DNA of 61,564 bases, filler included. It is 3 parts of 3 records of this genome, joined end to end, with 100 filler letters (N's around TTAATTAATTAA, not from the genome) between each part and the next. Parts side by side here need not be neighbours in the genome. Positions count along the whole stretch, not along the records: positions 18,429 to 42,390 come from SRR31156797_8201; 2 more parts are not named here. One strand, given 5' to 3'. The notes under the pieces were generated by a model, which was not told the origin of the DNA, searched no databases, and was given only the letters and a program-made list of their open reading frames with translations. Positions within the stretch are counted from its first letter, which is position 1. Each line of letters begins with the position of its first letter. Both the position numbers and the translations under genes were made by a program. Positions 19,235 to 27,063 of the stretch are shown in pieces.

Positions 19235-19501
19235 CTTCCGTGACAGCAGATACCCCTTCCGAGACAAGAGAAAGTTCTTCCGTGACAAGCACCTAGCCTT
19301 CCGTGACATCAGTTTGGTCTTCCGTGATAAGGGGTTAGCCTTTCCGTGACAGAGGTTTCTTCTTCCGTGACATACGGAAAGACAAATTTGTGTCACGGAA
19401 GTTCACAAGTCGGTAGCGGAAATGATCCCAGATGTAACTGATGAAGGGAAATTTGTCACGGAACAAGTTTCAACAGATGCAGAAAGGCTAACTCTTATTA
19501 C
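19235..19501. repeat. 21-bp-period repeat array (core CTTCCGTGACA) in two inverted arms
   Basis: Direct cores at 19235, 19256, 19277, 19298, 19319, 19341, 19362. Inverted cores at 19370 (partial), 19391, 19412, 19433, 19454, with weaker phase continuing to ~19501. Spacers ~10 nt and variable. Confidence 0.9.
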
Positions 19502-19507
19502 AAACAA

Positions 19508-19987
19508 TCAACTATTTCGCAAAGCATTCCTCGAAGCACGATCCACCAAAGTAAAAAAGCGATCGATACCATCTTTATCAAGGGACCTTTTGTGTCCTTT
19601 AATCTTCACAAAGCTGCATTGTATCCTATCGGTAAGTTTGTAGAATTCCTGATACAATTGCGCATTGGCAATTTGTTTGCCATTCTTCGAGATGTAATTG
19701 TTTTTCTCAAATCGCATACGCCTGCCAGGCAAGCCAATGATATTCTGGGAATCGGTGTAAACAATTACCTCACCCGCGACTGCATCCAACTTAGCAAGAG
19801 TCCACAAAAGCGTTTGCAATTCGAGCTTAGACGAAGAAGTGTTTTCAAATCGAACTGTTTCCACTAATTCCTTTGCCTCAGGTAATGAAATATCCAGATC
19901 AGAAATCAACAGAAAAGCCCCGAAACCAACTTTCGATTGCGGATTTACACTGCCATCGGTAAACAGATGGTATTTAGCAGACATCAT
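19508..19987 (-). CDS. rnhA: Ribonuclease HI
   Basis: LFTDGS, SSKLELQ, VYTDSQ, KIKGH, VDRAS: the D-E-D-D pattern of RNase H. Confidence 0.8.
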   Translation of the reverse strand: MMSAKYHLFTDGSVNPQSKVGFGAFLLISDLDISLPEAKELVETVRFENTSSSKLELQTLLWTLAKLDAVAGEVIVYTDSQNIIGLPGRRMRFEKNNYISKNGKQIANAQLYQEFYKLTDRIQCSFVKIKGHKRSLDKDGIDRFFTLVDRASRNALRNS

Positions 19988-20741
19988 CCTTTTTTAATCC
20001 CTTCGGATATTCAATCTCAGCCAAGAACAAAGCATGTCCCGGAACCGATGAACCTGCATTCGAACGATTTTTACTTTCAATCACCTGACGAAACTCATCA
20101 AGATTCATTTTTCCTCGCCCTACTTCCACCAAAGTTCCCACTATAGCTCGAACCATATTGCGAAGAAAACGATCCGCTTTCACTACAAACACCAACTCAT
20201 CTCCCTTATCTTCCCAAATGGCTTGATAAATTTTGCAATTGTTGGTTTTCACATCGGTATGCAGTTTACTAAAGCTGGTAAAATCTTCGAACTCAAAAAG
20301 GATCTTAGCCGCTTCGTTCATCTTTTCCACATCCAACTCGTAAGGAATTTTCCAGTGCGATTCCTTTCTAAAAGGATTCTTCTCTTTGGTAATTAAATAA
20401 TGATAGGTTCGCGAAATAGGATCGAAACGAGCGTGAGCATCATCCTTCACTTGAAACGTTTGTTTAATGGCAATATCATGCGGAAGAAAACGATTCAAAC
20501 GAAAGCTCAATTTCTCACAATCAATTTGCAGTTCTTGCTCTACATCAAAATGAGCATAAAAGTCGCTGGCATGCACGCCGGTATCGGTTCTACCACAGCC
20601 CACCACATTAATCTCACAATTTAAAATGGTAGACAATGCCTTGTTTAAAACCTCCTGCACACTAATAGCGTTGGGCTGTATTTGCCATCCATGGTAATTC
20701 GTGCCCTTATAACTTAACCTGATAAAATATCGCTTGTTCAA
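19974..20741 (-). CDS. truA: tRNA pseudouridine(38-40) synthase
   Basis: YKGTNYHGWQIQP, GRTDTGVHA, HARFD, FLRNMVRAIVG. Confidence 0.95.
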   Translation of the reverse strand: MNKRYFIRLSYKGTNYHGWQIQPNAISVQEVLNKALSTILNCEINVVGCGRTDTGVHASDFYAHFDVEQELQIDCEKLSFRLNRFLPHDIAIKQTFQVKDDAHARFDPISRTYHYLITKEKNPFRKESHWKIPYELDVEKMNEAAKILFEFEDFTSFSKLHTDVKTNNCKIYQAIWEDKGDELVFVVKADRFLRNMVRAIVGTLVEVGRGKMNLDEFRQVIESKNRSNAGSSVPGHALFLAEIEYPKGLKKDDVC

Positions 20742-20767
20742 ATCCTAATCGTTTTCTAAATTCTCCA

Positions 20768-20775
20768 CAAAAATA
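20768..20775 (-). promoter_or_regulatory. Bacteroidota -7 promoter element (TAttTTTG) for truA
   Basis: Exact match to the TAnnTTTG consensus upstream of truA. Confidence 0.55.
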
Positions 20776-20993
20776 CACAATTTAATAAATGTACAACCGT
20801 ACGGATGCAAGTTCATTCATTTCTACTCAAACTAACAAAACTATGAACCGTACGAACGTAAGATCTTACGTACCTACCATATTTTGTACATGGAACACTC
20901 TTTTACTTGGAGCTTGTAGCTTGATCACTTGTGGCTTTAATCAGTCTTAACACTTTTTAACGGCGCTGCACTTTCATAAAAGCATCAAAAATT

Positions 20994-21001
20994 TATCTTT
21001 G
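20994..21001 (+). promoter_or_regulatory. Bacteroidota -7 promoter element (TAtcTTTG) for the moxR-bat operon
   Basis: Exact TAnnTTTG match about 60 nt upstream of ATG 21065. Confidence 0.6.
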
Positions 21002-21064
21002 TAGAGGTTTTTCGGGATTCCGATGACTTTTTATGTAAAAATTAAAGCAATAAATAATATTTCT

Positions 21065-22060
21065 ATGATCCAAACAGTTGATATCAAAGAGCTAAATGAG
21101 CGTATCCAAAGGGAAAGTTCCTTTGTTGATATGATTTCTATGGAAATGAACAAGGTAATTGTTGGTCAGAAACACCTGGTTGAAAGTTTATTAATTGGTA
21201 TGTTATCCAACGGACACATTCTTTTAGAAGGGGTTCCTGGTTTGGCAAAAACACTTGCTATTAACACACTAGCTACAACTATAGATGCTGATTTCAGTAG
21301 AATTCAGTTTACTCCCGATCTTTTACCTGCCGACCTTTTAGGTACAATGATTTACAGCCAGAAGAAAGAAGAATTCGTGGTGAAGAAAGGACCTATTTTT
21401 GCAAACTTTATATTGGCCGATGAGATCAACCGTGCTCCAGCAAAAGTTCAGGCTGCTTTGCTTGAAGCAATGCAGGAACGTCAGGTTACCATTGGCGATC
21501 ACACCTATAAATTAGAGGAACCGTTCTTGGTAATGGCGACTCAAAATCCGATTGAGCAAGAAGGTACCTATCCGCTACCTGAAGCACAGGTCGACCGTTT
21601 TATGCTAAAAGTAGTAATCAACTACCCTAAGAAAGAAGAAGAGCAAATCATCATGCGCCAGAATCTTTTGAAAGCATTCCCGGTAGCATCTCAAATCTTA
21701 AAGCCAGAAGATATTCTTAAAGCTCGCGAAGTAGTTAAGGATGTTTATATGGACGAAAAGATTGAAAAATATATTGTTGACATTGTTTTCGCAACTCGTT
21801 TCCCTGCTGATTACGGATTAGATCAGTTCAAAGATATGATTTCATGCGGTGCTTCGCCACGTGCAAGTATTTCTTTGGCATCGGCGGCAAAAGCATTTGC
21901 ATTTATTAAGCGAAGAGGTTACGTAATTCCTGAGGATATTCGTGCAGTTTGTCACGAAGTACTTCGTCACAGAATTGGATTAACCTACGAAGCCGAAGCT
22001 AACAATATCACCAGCGAAAATATCATTAGCGAAATTCTGAATACTGTTGAAGTACCATAG
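21065..22060 (+). CDS. moxR: MoxR-family AAA+ ATPase
   Basis: LEGVPGLAKT, RIQFTPDLLPAD, DEINRAPAKVQ, ATQNPIEQEGTYPLPEAQ. Confidence 0.95.
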   Translation: MIQTVDIKELNERIQRESSFVDMISMEMNKVIVGQKHLVESLLIGMLSNGHILLEGVPGLAKTLAINTLATTIDADFSRIQFTPDLLPADLLGTMIYSQKKEEFVVKKGPIFANFILADEINRAPAKVQAALLEAMQERQVTIGDHTYKLEEPFLVMATQNPIEQEGTYPLPEAQVDRFMLKVVINYPKKEEEQIIMRQNLLKAFPVASQILKPEDILKAREVVKDVYMDEKIEKYIVDIVFATRFPADYGLDQFKDMISCGASPRASISLASAAKAFAFIKRRGYVIPEDIRAVCHEVLRHRIGLTYEAEANNITSENIISEILNTVEVP

Positions 22061-22076
22061 GAATTATGAATTAGTG

Positions 22077-22160
22077 CTTCGACTCTGCTCAGCAACCTGG
22101 TTGTACCGTGAAGGAGTCGATTACTTTTTTTGTACTTGATACTTTGTACTTGATACTTTA
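22077..22160. repeat. REP-like hairpin followed by heptamer tandem repeats
   Basis: TCGACTC (22079) pairs with GAGTCGA (22114); inner CAAC/GTTG stem; TACTTGA-TACTTTG-TACTTGA-TACTTTA at 22133-22160. Confidence 0.55.
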
Positions 22161-22164
22161 ACAA

Positions 22165-23031
22165 ATGGAGACTAGTGAATTATTAAAACGCGTTAGGCAA
22201 ATCGAGATTAAAACCAGAGGTCTTTCCCGCAATATTTTTGCTGGAGAGTATCATTCTGCGTTTAAAGGTCGAGGTATGACTTTCAGCGAGGTTCGCGAAT
22301 ATCAGTACGGCGACGACATCCGAAACATCGATTGGAATGTTACTGCACGCTACAATCATCCCTACGTTAAGCTGTTCGAAGAGGAACGTGAGCTTACCGT
22401 TATGCTGATGATTGATGTGAGTGGTAGCCGCGAGTTTGGTACCATGTCGAAACTGAAGAAGAACCAAATAACGGAAATTGCAGCTGTTTTGGCTTTCTCA
22501 GCCATTCAGAATAACGATAAAATTGGAGTGATTTTCTTTTCGGATACCATCGAAAAGTTCATTCCTCCTAAAAAGGGAAAATCTCATATTCTTAGAATCA
22601 TTCGTGAATTAATCGATTTTCAGCCGGAACACAGAAGTACCAACATCAGTAATGCATTGAAATATTTAACCAATGCCATTAAAAAGCGATGTACCACTTT
22701 CGTGATATCCGACTTTATCGATACTAATTATGAGAATGCTTTAACCATCGCAAACAAAAAGCATGATGTTGTGGCACTTAAAATATTTGATCAACGCGAG
22801 CAGGAGCTTCCTTCTATTGGCTTGATTAAAATTAAAGATGCAGAAACCGGGGAATATTCCTGGGTAGATACATCGAACAAAAAAGTGCGTAACGAATATG
22901 CAGCCTGGTGGCGCAAAATGGAAGCAGAAAACACCGAAGTATTTAAACGTTCGGGTGTTGATGTTGCAAATATTAGAACCGATCAGGATTATGTGAGATC
23001 CCTAATCGCTTTATTTAAACGTAGAGGATAA
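22165..23031 (+). CDS. DUF58 (vWA-like) protein
   Basis: GEYHSAFKGRG, REYQYGDDIRNIDWNVTAR, EERE, IDVSGS. Confidence 0.95.
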   Translation: METSELLKRVRQIEIKTRGLSRNIFAGEYHSAFKGRGMTFSEVREYQYGDDIRNIDWNVTARYNHPYVKLFEEERELTVMLMIDVSGSREFGTMSKLKKNQITEIAAVLAFSAIQNNDKIGVIFFSDTIEKFIPPKKGKSHILRIIRELIDFQPEHRSTNISNALKYLTNAIKKRCTTFVISDFIDTNYENALTIANKKHDVVALKIFDQREQELPSIGLIKIKDAETGEYSWVDTSNKKVRNEYAAWWRKMEAENTEVFKRSGVDVANIRTDQDYVRSLIALFKRRG

Positions 23032-23049
23032 ATCAGGAAACTGAAAACT

Positions 23050-24072
23050 ATGGCAAATAAAATACAAACACATAAAAATTTCTTGATTAAGACAGTTACA
23101 ACTTTTGCGTTGATGTTCTTTTGTGTGCTTACTTTCTCGAAATCATCATTTGCACAAAATGATGGAGGAATTAACTACAGCGTACAACTCGACACCAATG
23201 TAATTGTAATTGGAGATCAAATTAACTTGAAACTTTCGGTAGAACAGCCAAAGGAATTAAAAATTGGCTTTCCCGTTTTCTCGGATAGTATTGTCAATGG
23301 AGTTGAAATTATCAATCAAACTCCTCAGGATACAACCCAACTCGAAAATGGAATTATTAAAGTTGACAAGAACTTTTTGATTACTTCTTTCGATGGTGGT
23401 GTATACAAATTGAAACCTTTCGAGCTTCAGGTTTACGATGCAAATTCCATTAGGGTATTGCGTAGCGACACCATGCTATTAGGTGTTCAAACCATGCAAA
23501 TTGACACGACTAAGGCAAACTTTGACATTATAATGCCAATTCAAACTCCGGTTTCCTTTGCCGAAATTGCTCCCTGGTTGTTAGGTGGATTAATCTTTAT
23601 TGCACTTGTGGTATTCCTGATTTGGTATTTCCGCTTCCGTAAAAAAGATCAACCTCTGTTTACAATTGCGAAACCCGACGAGCCTGCTCACGTTATTGCA
23701 CTTCGAAAGTTAGATGAATTGAAACAGGAAAAGCTTTGGCAGACAGGTAAAATAAAGCAGTTCCATTCCCAACTTACAGATACCATTCGTGAGTATCTTG
23801 ATGAGCGATACAATTTGTCTACATTGGAATCGACTACTGATGAAATTCTTCAAGAAGTGAATTCTGTAGAGGTAAACAACGATTGGCATTGCAATTTGAG
23901 AGAGATTTTGGAACGCGCTGATTTGGCAAAATTTGCGAAATTCCAACCTCTGCCCGACGATAATGAGCGAAGTTTGAAATATGCTTATCAGATTGTTGAA
24001 AACACAATTCTTATTGACAAAGATAGTGTAGAAGAGACAACAGAGACTGAAGAAACTGAGGACAATAAATAA
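23050..24072 (+). CDS. Conserved membrane protein of the Bat operon
   Basis: Signal peptide, IGDQI, TM segment, LESTTDE, ADLAKFAK; lies between DUF58 and batA. Confidence 0.8.
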   Translation: MANKIQTHKNFLIKTVTTFALMFFCVLTFSKSSFAQNDGGINYSVQLDTNVIVIGDQINLKLSVEQPKELKIGFPVFSDSIVNGVEIINQTPQDTTQLENGIIKVDKNFLITSFDGGVYKLKPFELQVYDANSIRVLRSDTMLLGVQTMQIDTTKANFDIIMPIQTPVSFAEIAPWLLGGLIFIALVVFLIWYFRFRKKDQPLFTIAKPDEPAHVIALRKLDELKQEKLWQTGKIKQFHSQLTDTIREYLDERYNLSTLESTTDEILQEVNSVEVNNDWHCNLREILERADLAKFAKFQPLPDDNERSLKYAYQIVENTILIDKDSVEETTETEETEDNK

Positions 24073-24090
24073 ACATTGAAAACCCACAGT

Positions 24091-25083
24091 ATGAGTTCAA
24101 TTGAATTTGCAAACCCAGAATATTTTTACTTTTTATTACTTCTGATTCCATTTATTTTATGGTACATCCTGAAGGATAAAAATGCACATGCAAGTATTCA
24201 GGTTTCAACCGTAAAAAGTTTTAATGCAGCACCAAAAACTTACAAGTACTATTTGCGTCATGCGCTGATTGTATTTCGAGTGTTGGCAATTGCATTCCTA
24301 ATAACAGCATTGGCACGACCACAATCGAGTAATAAATTTGAAAACACAACTACCGAAGGTATCGACATTGTAATGTCGCTGGATATTTCGAGTAGTATGT
24401 TAGCACGCGATTTTGAGCCAGACAGATTAGAGGCAGCCAAAGACGTTGCCACTCAATTTATCACTGGACGTCCAGAAGATAAAATCGGCTTGGTAATTTT
24501 TAGTGGCGAGAGTTTCACTCAATGTCCACTAACTACCGATCATGCCGTATTAATCAACCTTTTTCAGGATATCCAATCAGGAATGATTGAAGATGGAACC
24601 GCAATTGGTTTGGGATTGGCTAACGCTGTAAATCGTTTAAAAGACAGTCAGGCAAAATCGAAAGTGGTGATTCTATTGACCGATGGTGTAAACAATCAGG
24701 GAGATATTGCTCCCGTAACGGCAGCAGAATTAGCCAGCACATTCGGAATTAGAGTTTATACTGTTGGAATTGGAACCATGGGAGAAGCTCCCTACCCGGT
24801 TCAAACCGCATTTGGTATTAGCATGAGAAACATGCCGGTTAAAATCGATGAAGACGTATTAAGAGAAATTGCCAACATGACAGGTGGGCAATACTTTCGT
24901 GCAACTGACAATAACAAATTGAAAGCGATTTATGCCGAAATCGATAAGTTAGAGAAAAGCAAAATAGAAGTGAGACAATACAGTACAAAAAGCGAAGAGT
25001 TTTTACTATTTGCACTATTCGGTGCCTTACTACTTCTATTGGAAATTGCATTGCGCAATTCAATCTTGCGGAACATTCCGTAA
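24091..25083 (+). CDS. batA: BatA vWA protein
   Basis: FANPEY, ALARPQ, DISSSM MIDAS, QCPLTTD, GTAIG, LLTDG, TGGQYFRA. Confidence 0.9.
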   Translation: MSSIEFANPEYFYFLLLLIPFILWYILKDKNAHASIQVSTVKSFNAAPKTYKYYLRHALIVFRVLAIAFLITALARPQSSNKFENTTTEGIDIVMSLDISSSMLARDFEPDRLEAAKDVATQFITGRPEDKIGLVIFSGESFTQCPLTTDHAVLINLFQDIQSGMIEDGTAIGLGLANAVNRLKDSQAKSKVVILLTDGVNNQGDIAPVTAAELASTFGIRVYTVGIGTMGEAPYPVQTAFGISMRNMPVKIDEDVLREIANMTGGQYFRATDNNKLKAIYAEIDKLEKSKIEVRQYSTKSEEFLLFALFGALLLLLEIALRNSILRNIP

Positions 25084-25118
25084 TTGTAAATTATTGAATA
25101 ACTGAAAATCATTGTACA

Positions 25119-26156
25119 ATGGATCAATTACGTTTCGATCATCCAGAATATTTATACCTCTTCCTACTCATTCCCATCTTGGTGGTTTTGTATTGGGTGA
25201 GTCATGTAATCAAGAAAAAAGCCTTGCAAAAGTTTGGCGATATGAGTATCATTTCTCAATTGATGCCTTATGCCTCTTTTACAAGACCAATTTATAAATT
25301 CATCATTCTAATTTTATCCTTAAGCTTTATCATTATTGGTGTAGCTGGTCCACAATTCGGATCTAAACTCAAAAAAATAAAGCGAAAAGGTGTAGAAGTG
25401 GTCATCGCTCTCGATGTTTCCAACTCGATGATGGCTCAGGATATTCAACCTAATAGATTGGAGCGTGCAAAACGTGCCATCTCGAAAATGGTTGACAAAC
25501 TGAACAATGATAAAATTGGTTTGATTGTGTTTGCTGGTGAAGCCTACACACAATTGCCAATTACAACAGATTATGCATCTGCAAAATTGTTTTTATCTTC
25601 CATTAGCACTGATATCGTTCCTATTCAAGGAACTGCTATTGGATCGGCAATAAATTTGGCAACAAAGAGTTTTACTCCTGATAGCGAAGCCAGCAAAGCA
25701 ATTATTGTAATTACCGATGGTGAAAACCACGAGGATGATGCTGTAGCTGCAGCAGAAATGGCTCAATCTTTGGGGATAACTGTTCATACCATTGCTATGG
25801 GATTACCCGAAGGTGCTCCAATACCTGTTCGTGCCGGATCGAGTGATTTTAGAAGAGACGAGGAAGGAAATGTTGTGATCTCGAAATTAGATCAGAAAAT
25901 GGTGGAAGAAATTGCTGTTGCTGGTGGAGGAAAACCAGTAATTGCGAATAATACAACCACTGGTTTGAACGTTTTATTCAAAGAGATCAATAAAATGAAC
26001 AAAACAGAATTGGAAGCTAAAGTTTACGCCGCTTACGATGAGAAATTTCAAATTTTTCTAGCAATTGGTGTATTACTCTTATTCCTTGAAATGTTTGTTT
26101 TGGAACGTAAGAACCGACATTTAAAAGACATTGATTTATTTAAAGAATCGAAATAG
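25119..26156 (+). CDS. batB: BatB vWA protein
   Basis: PQFG, DVSNSM, PNRLERAK, LPITTD, ITDGENHE. Confidence 0.9.
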   Translation: MDQLRFDHPEYLYLFLLIPILVVLYWVSHVIKKKALQKFGDMSIISQLMPYASFTRPIYKFIILILSLSFIIIGVAGPQFGSKLKKIKRKGVEVVIALDVSNSMMAQDIQPNRLERAKRAISKMVDKLNNDKIGLIVFAGEAYTQLPITTDYASAKLFLSSISTDIVPIQGTAIGSAINLATKSFTPDSEASKAIIVITDGENHEDDAVAAAEMAQSLGITVHTIAMGLPEGAPIPVRAGSSDFRRDEEGNVVISKLDQKMVEEIAVAGGGKPVIANNTTTGLNVLFKEINKMNKTELEAKVYAAYDEKFQIFLAIGVLLLFLEMFVLERKNRHLKDIDLFKESK

Positions 26157-26177
26157 AAACAGACAAAGAGAGCAATT

Positions 26178-26960
26178 ATGAAAAAATATATAATACTGTT
26201 CATGAGCATGATTTGTCTTCTAAGTGTGGAGGCTAATGCCCAAAAAGAGAGAAAATTTATTCGTTCCGGAAATGACCTTTTCGAAGGAGATAAATTTGAA
26301 AACTCAGAAGTGGAATACCGTAAGGCTTTGGATAAAAAAGTAAATTCTTACGAAGCTGGCTTCAATTTAGGCGATGCTTTGTACAAGCAGAAAAAATACG
26401 ATGAAGCTTTAAAACAATTTCAGGCTTTGGCTCTTACCGAAAAAGACAATCAGAAACTGGGGCATCTTTATCACAATATGGGTAACACCTTATTGGAAAA
26501 TAAAAAAATTGATGAAAGTATAGAGGCATACAAGCAGTCGCTTCGTTATTTCCCTGATTCGAAGGAAACCAAATACAATTTGGAATACGCTCGCCAAATG
26601 AAGAAAAAACAGGAAGAGCAACAGAAAAAAGACCAACAAAACAAGGATCAGAACAAAGATCAAGACAAGAAGGATCAGGATAAAAAAGACCAAGACAAGA
26701 AAGATCAAGACAAAAAGGATCAGAATAAAAAGAAAGACCAGAAAGATAAAGACAAGCAGAAGCAAAATCAGAAAGACAAACAAGGCGATCAGGATAAAAA
26801 GAAACAAGATCAGCAACAGCAAAATAAGATTTCGAAACAAGACGCTCAACGTTTGCTAGAAGCATTGGAAAACGACGAGAAGAAAGTTCAGGAGAAGGTT
26901 CAGAAGGCAAAAGCGAAAACGCAAAAAGCCAAGAAAACCAAAATCAAAAAGGATTGGTAA
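26178..26960 (+). CDS. batC: BatC TPR protein with KDQDK low-complexity tract
   Basis: TPR motifs (YRKAL, FNLGDALY, YHNMGN), Q/D/K-rich tract, C-terminal KDW. Confidence 0.9.
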   Translation: MKKYIILFMSMICLLSVEANAQKERKFIRSGNDLFEGDKFENSEVEYRKALDKKVNSYEAGFNLGDALYKQKKYDEALKQFQALALTEKDNQKLGHLYHNMGNTLLENKKIDESIEAYKQSLRYFPDSKETKYNLEYARQMKKKQEEQQKKDQQNKDQNKDQDKKDQDKKDQDKKDQDKKDQNKKKDQKDKDKQKQNQKDKQGDQDKKKQDQQQQNKISKQDAQRLLEALENDEKKVQEKVQKAKAKTQKAKKTKIKKDW

Positions 26961-26999
26961 TTGGCATCGCCCACTTGATTTTTACTGATTATTTATCAG

Positions 27000-27007
27000 T
27001 ACATTTG
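27000..27007 (+). promoter_or_regulatory. Internal -7 promoter element (TAcaTTTG) upstream of batD
   Basis: TAnnTTTG match in the ~100-nt batC-batD gap. Confidence 0.5.
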
Positions 27008-27063
27008 TGCGAAACATCATTTACTGACATTTTAAAGAACATCTGAAAAACTATTATATACGG

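Noticed and set aside
19205-19396. 63-aa ORF with LSRK repeats (and the 19422-19643 ORF)
   Set aside because: Probably by-products of the 21-bp periodicity; they overlap neighbouring genes and lack credible starts.
19235-19464. CRISPR array
   Set aside because: Repeats (11 nt) and spacers (10 nt) are far too short, the orientation flips midway, and there are no cas genes.
26620-26825. ~15-bp tandem repeats and the antisense hydrophobic ORFs 26434-26910 and 26490-26849
   Set aside because: This is the ordinary KDQDK low-complexity tract of BatC; the antisense ORFs are shadows.
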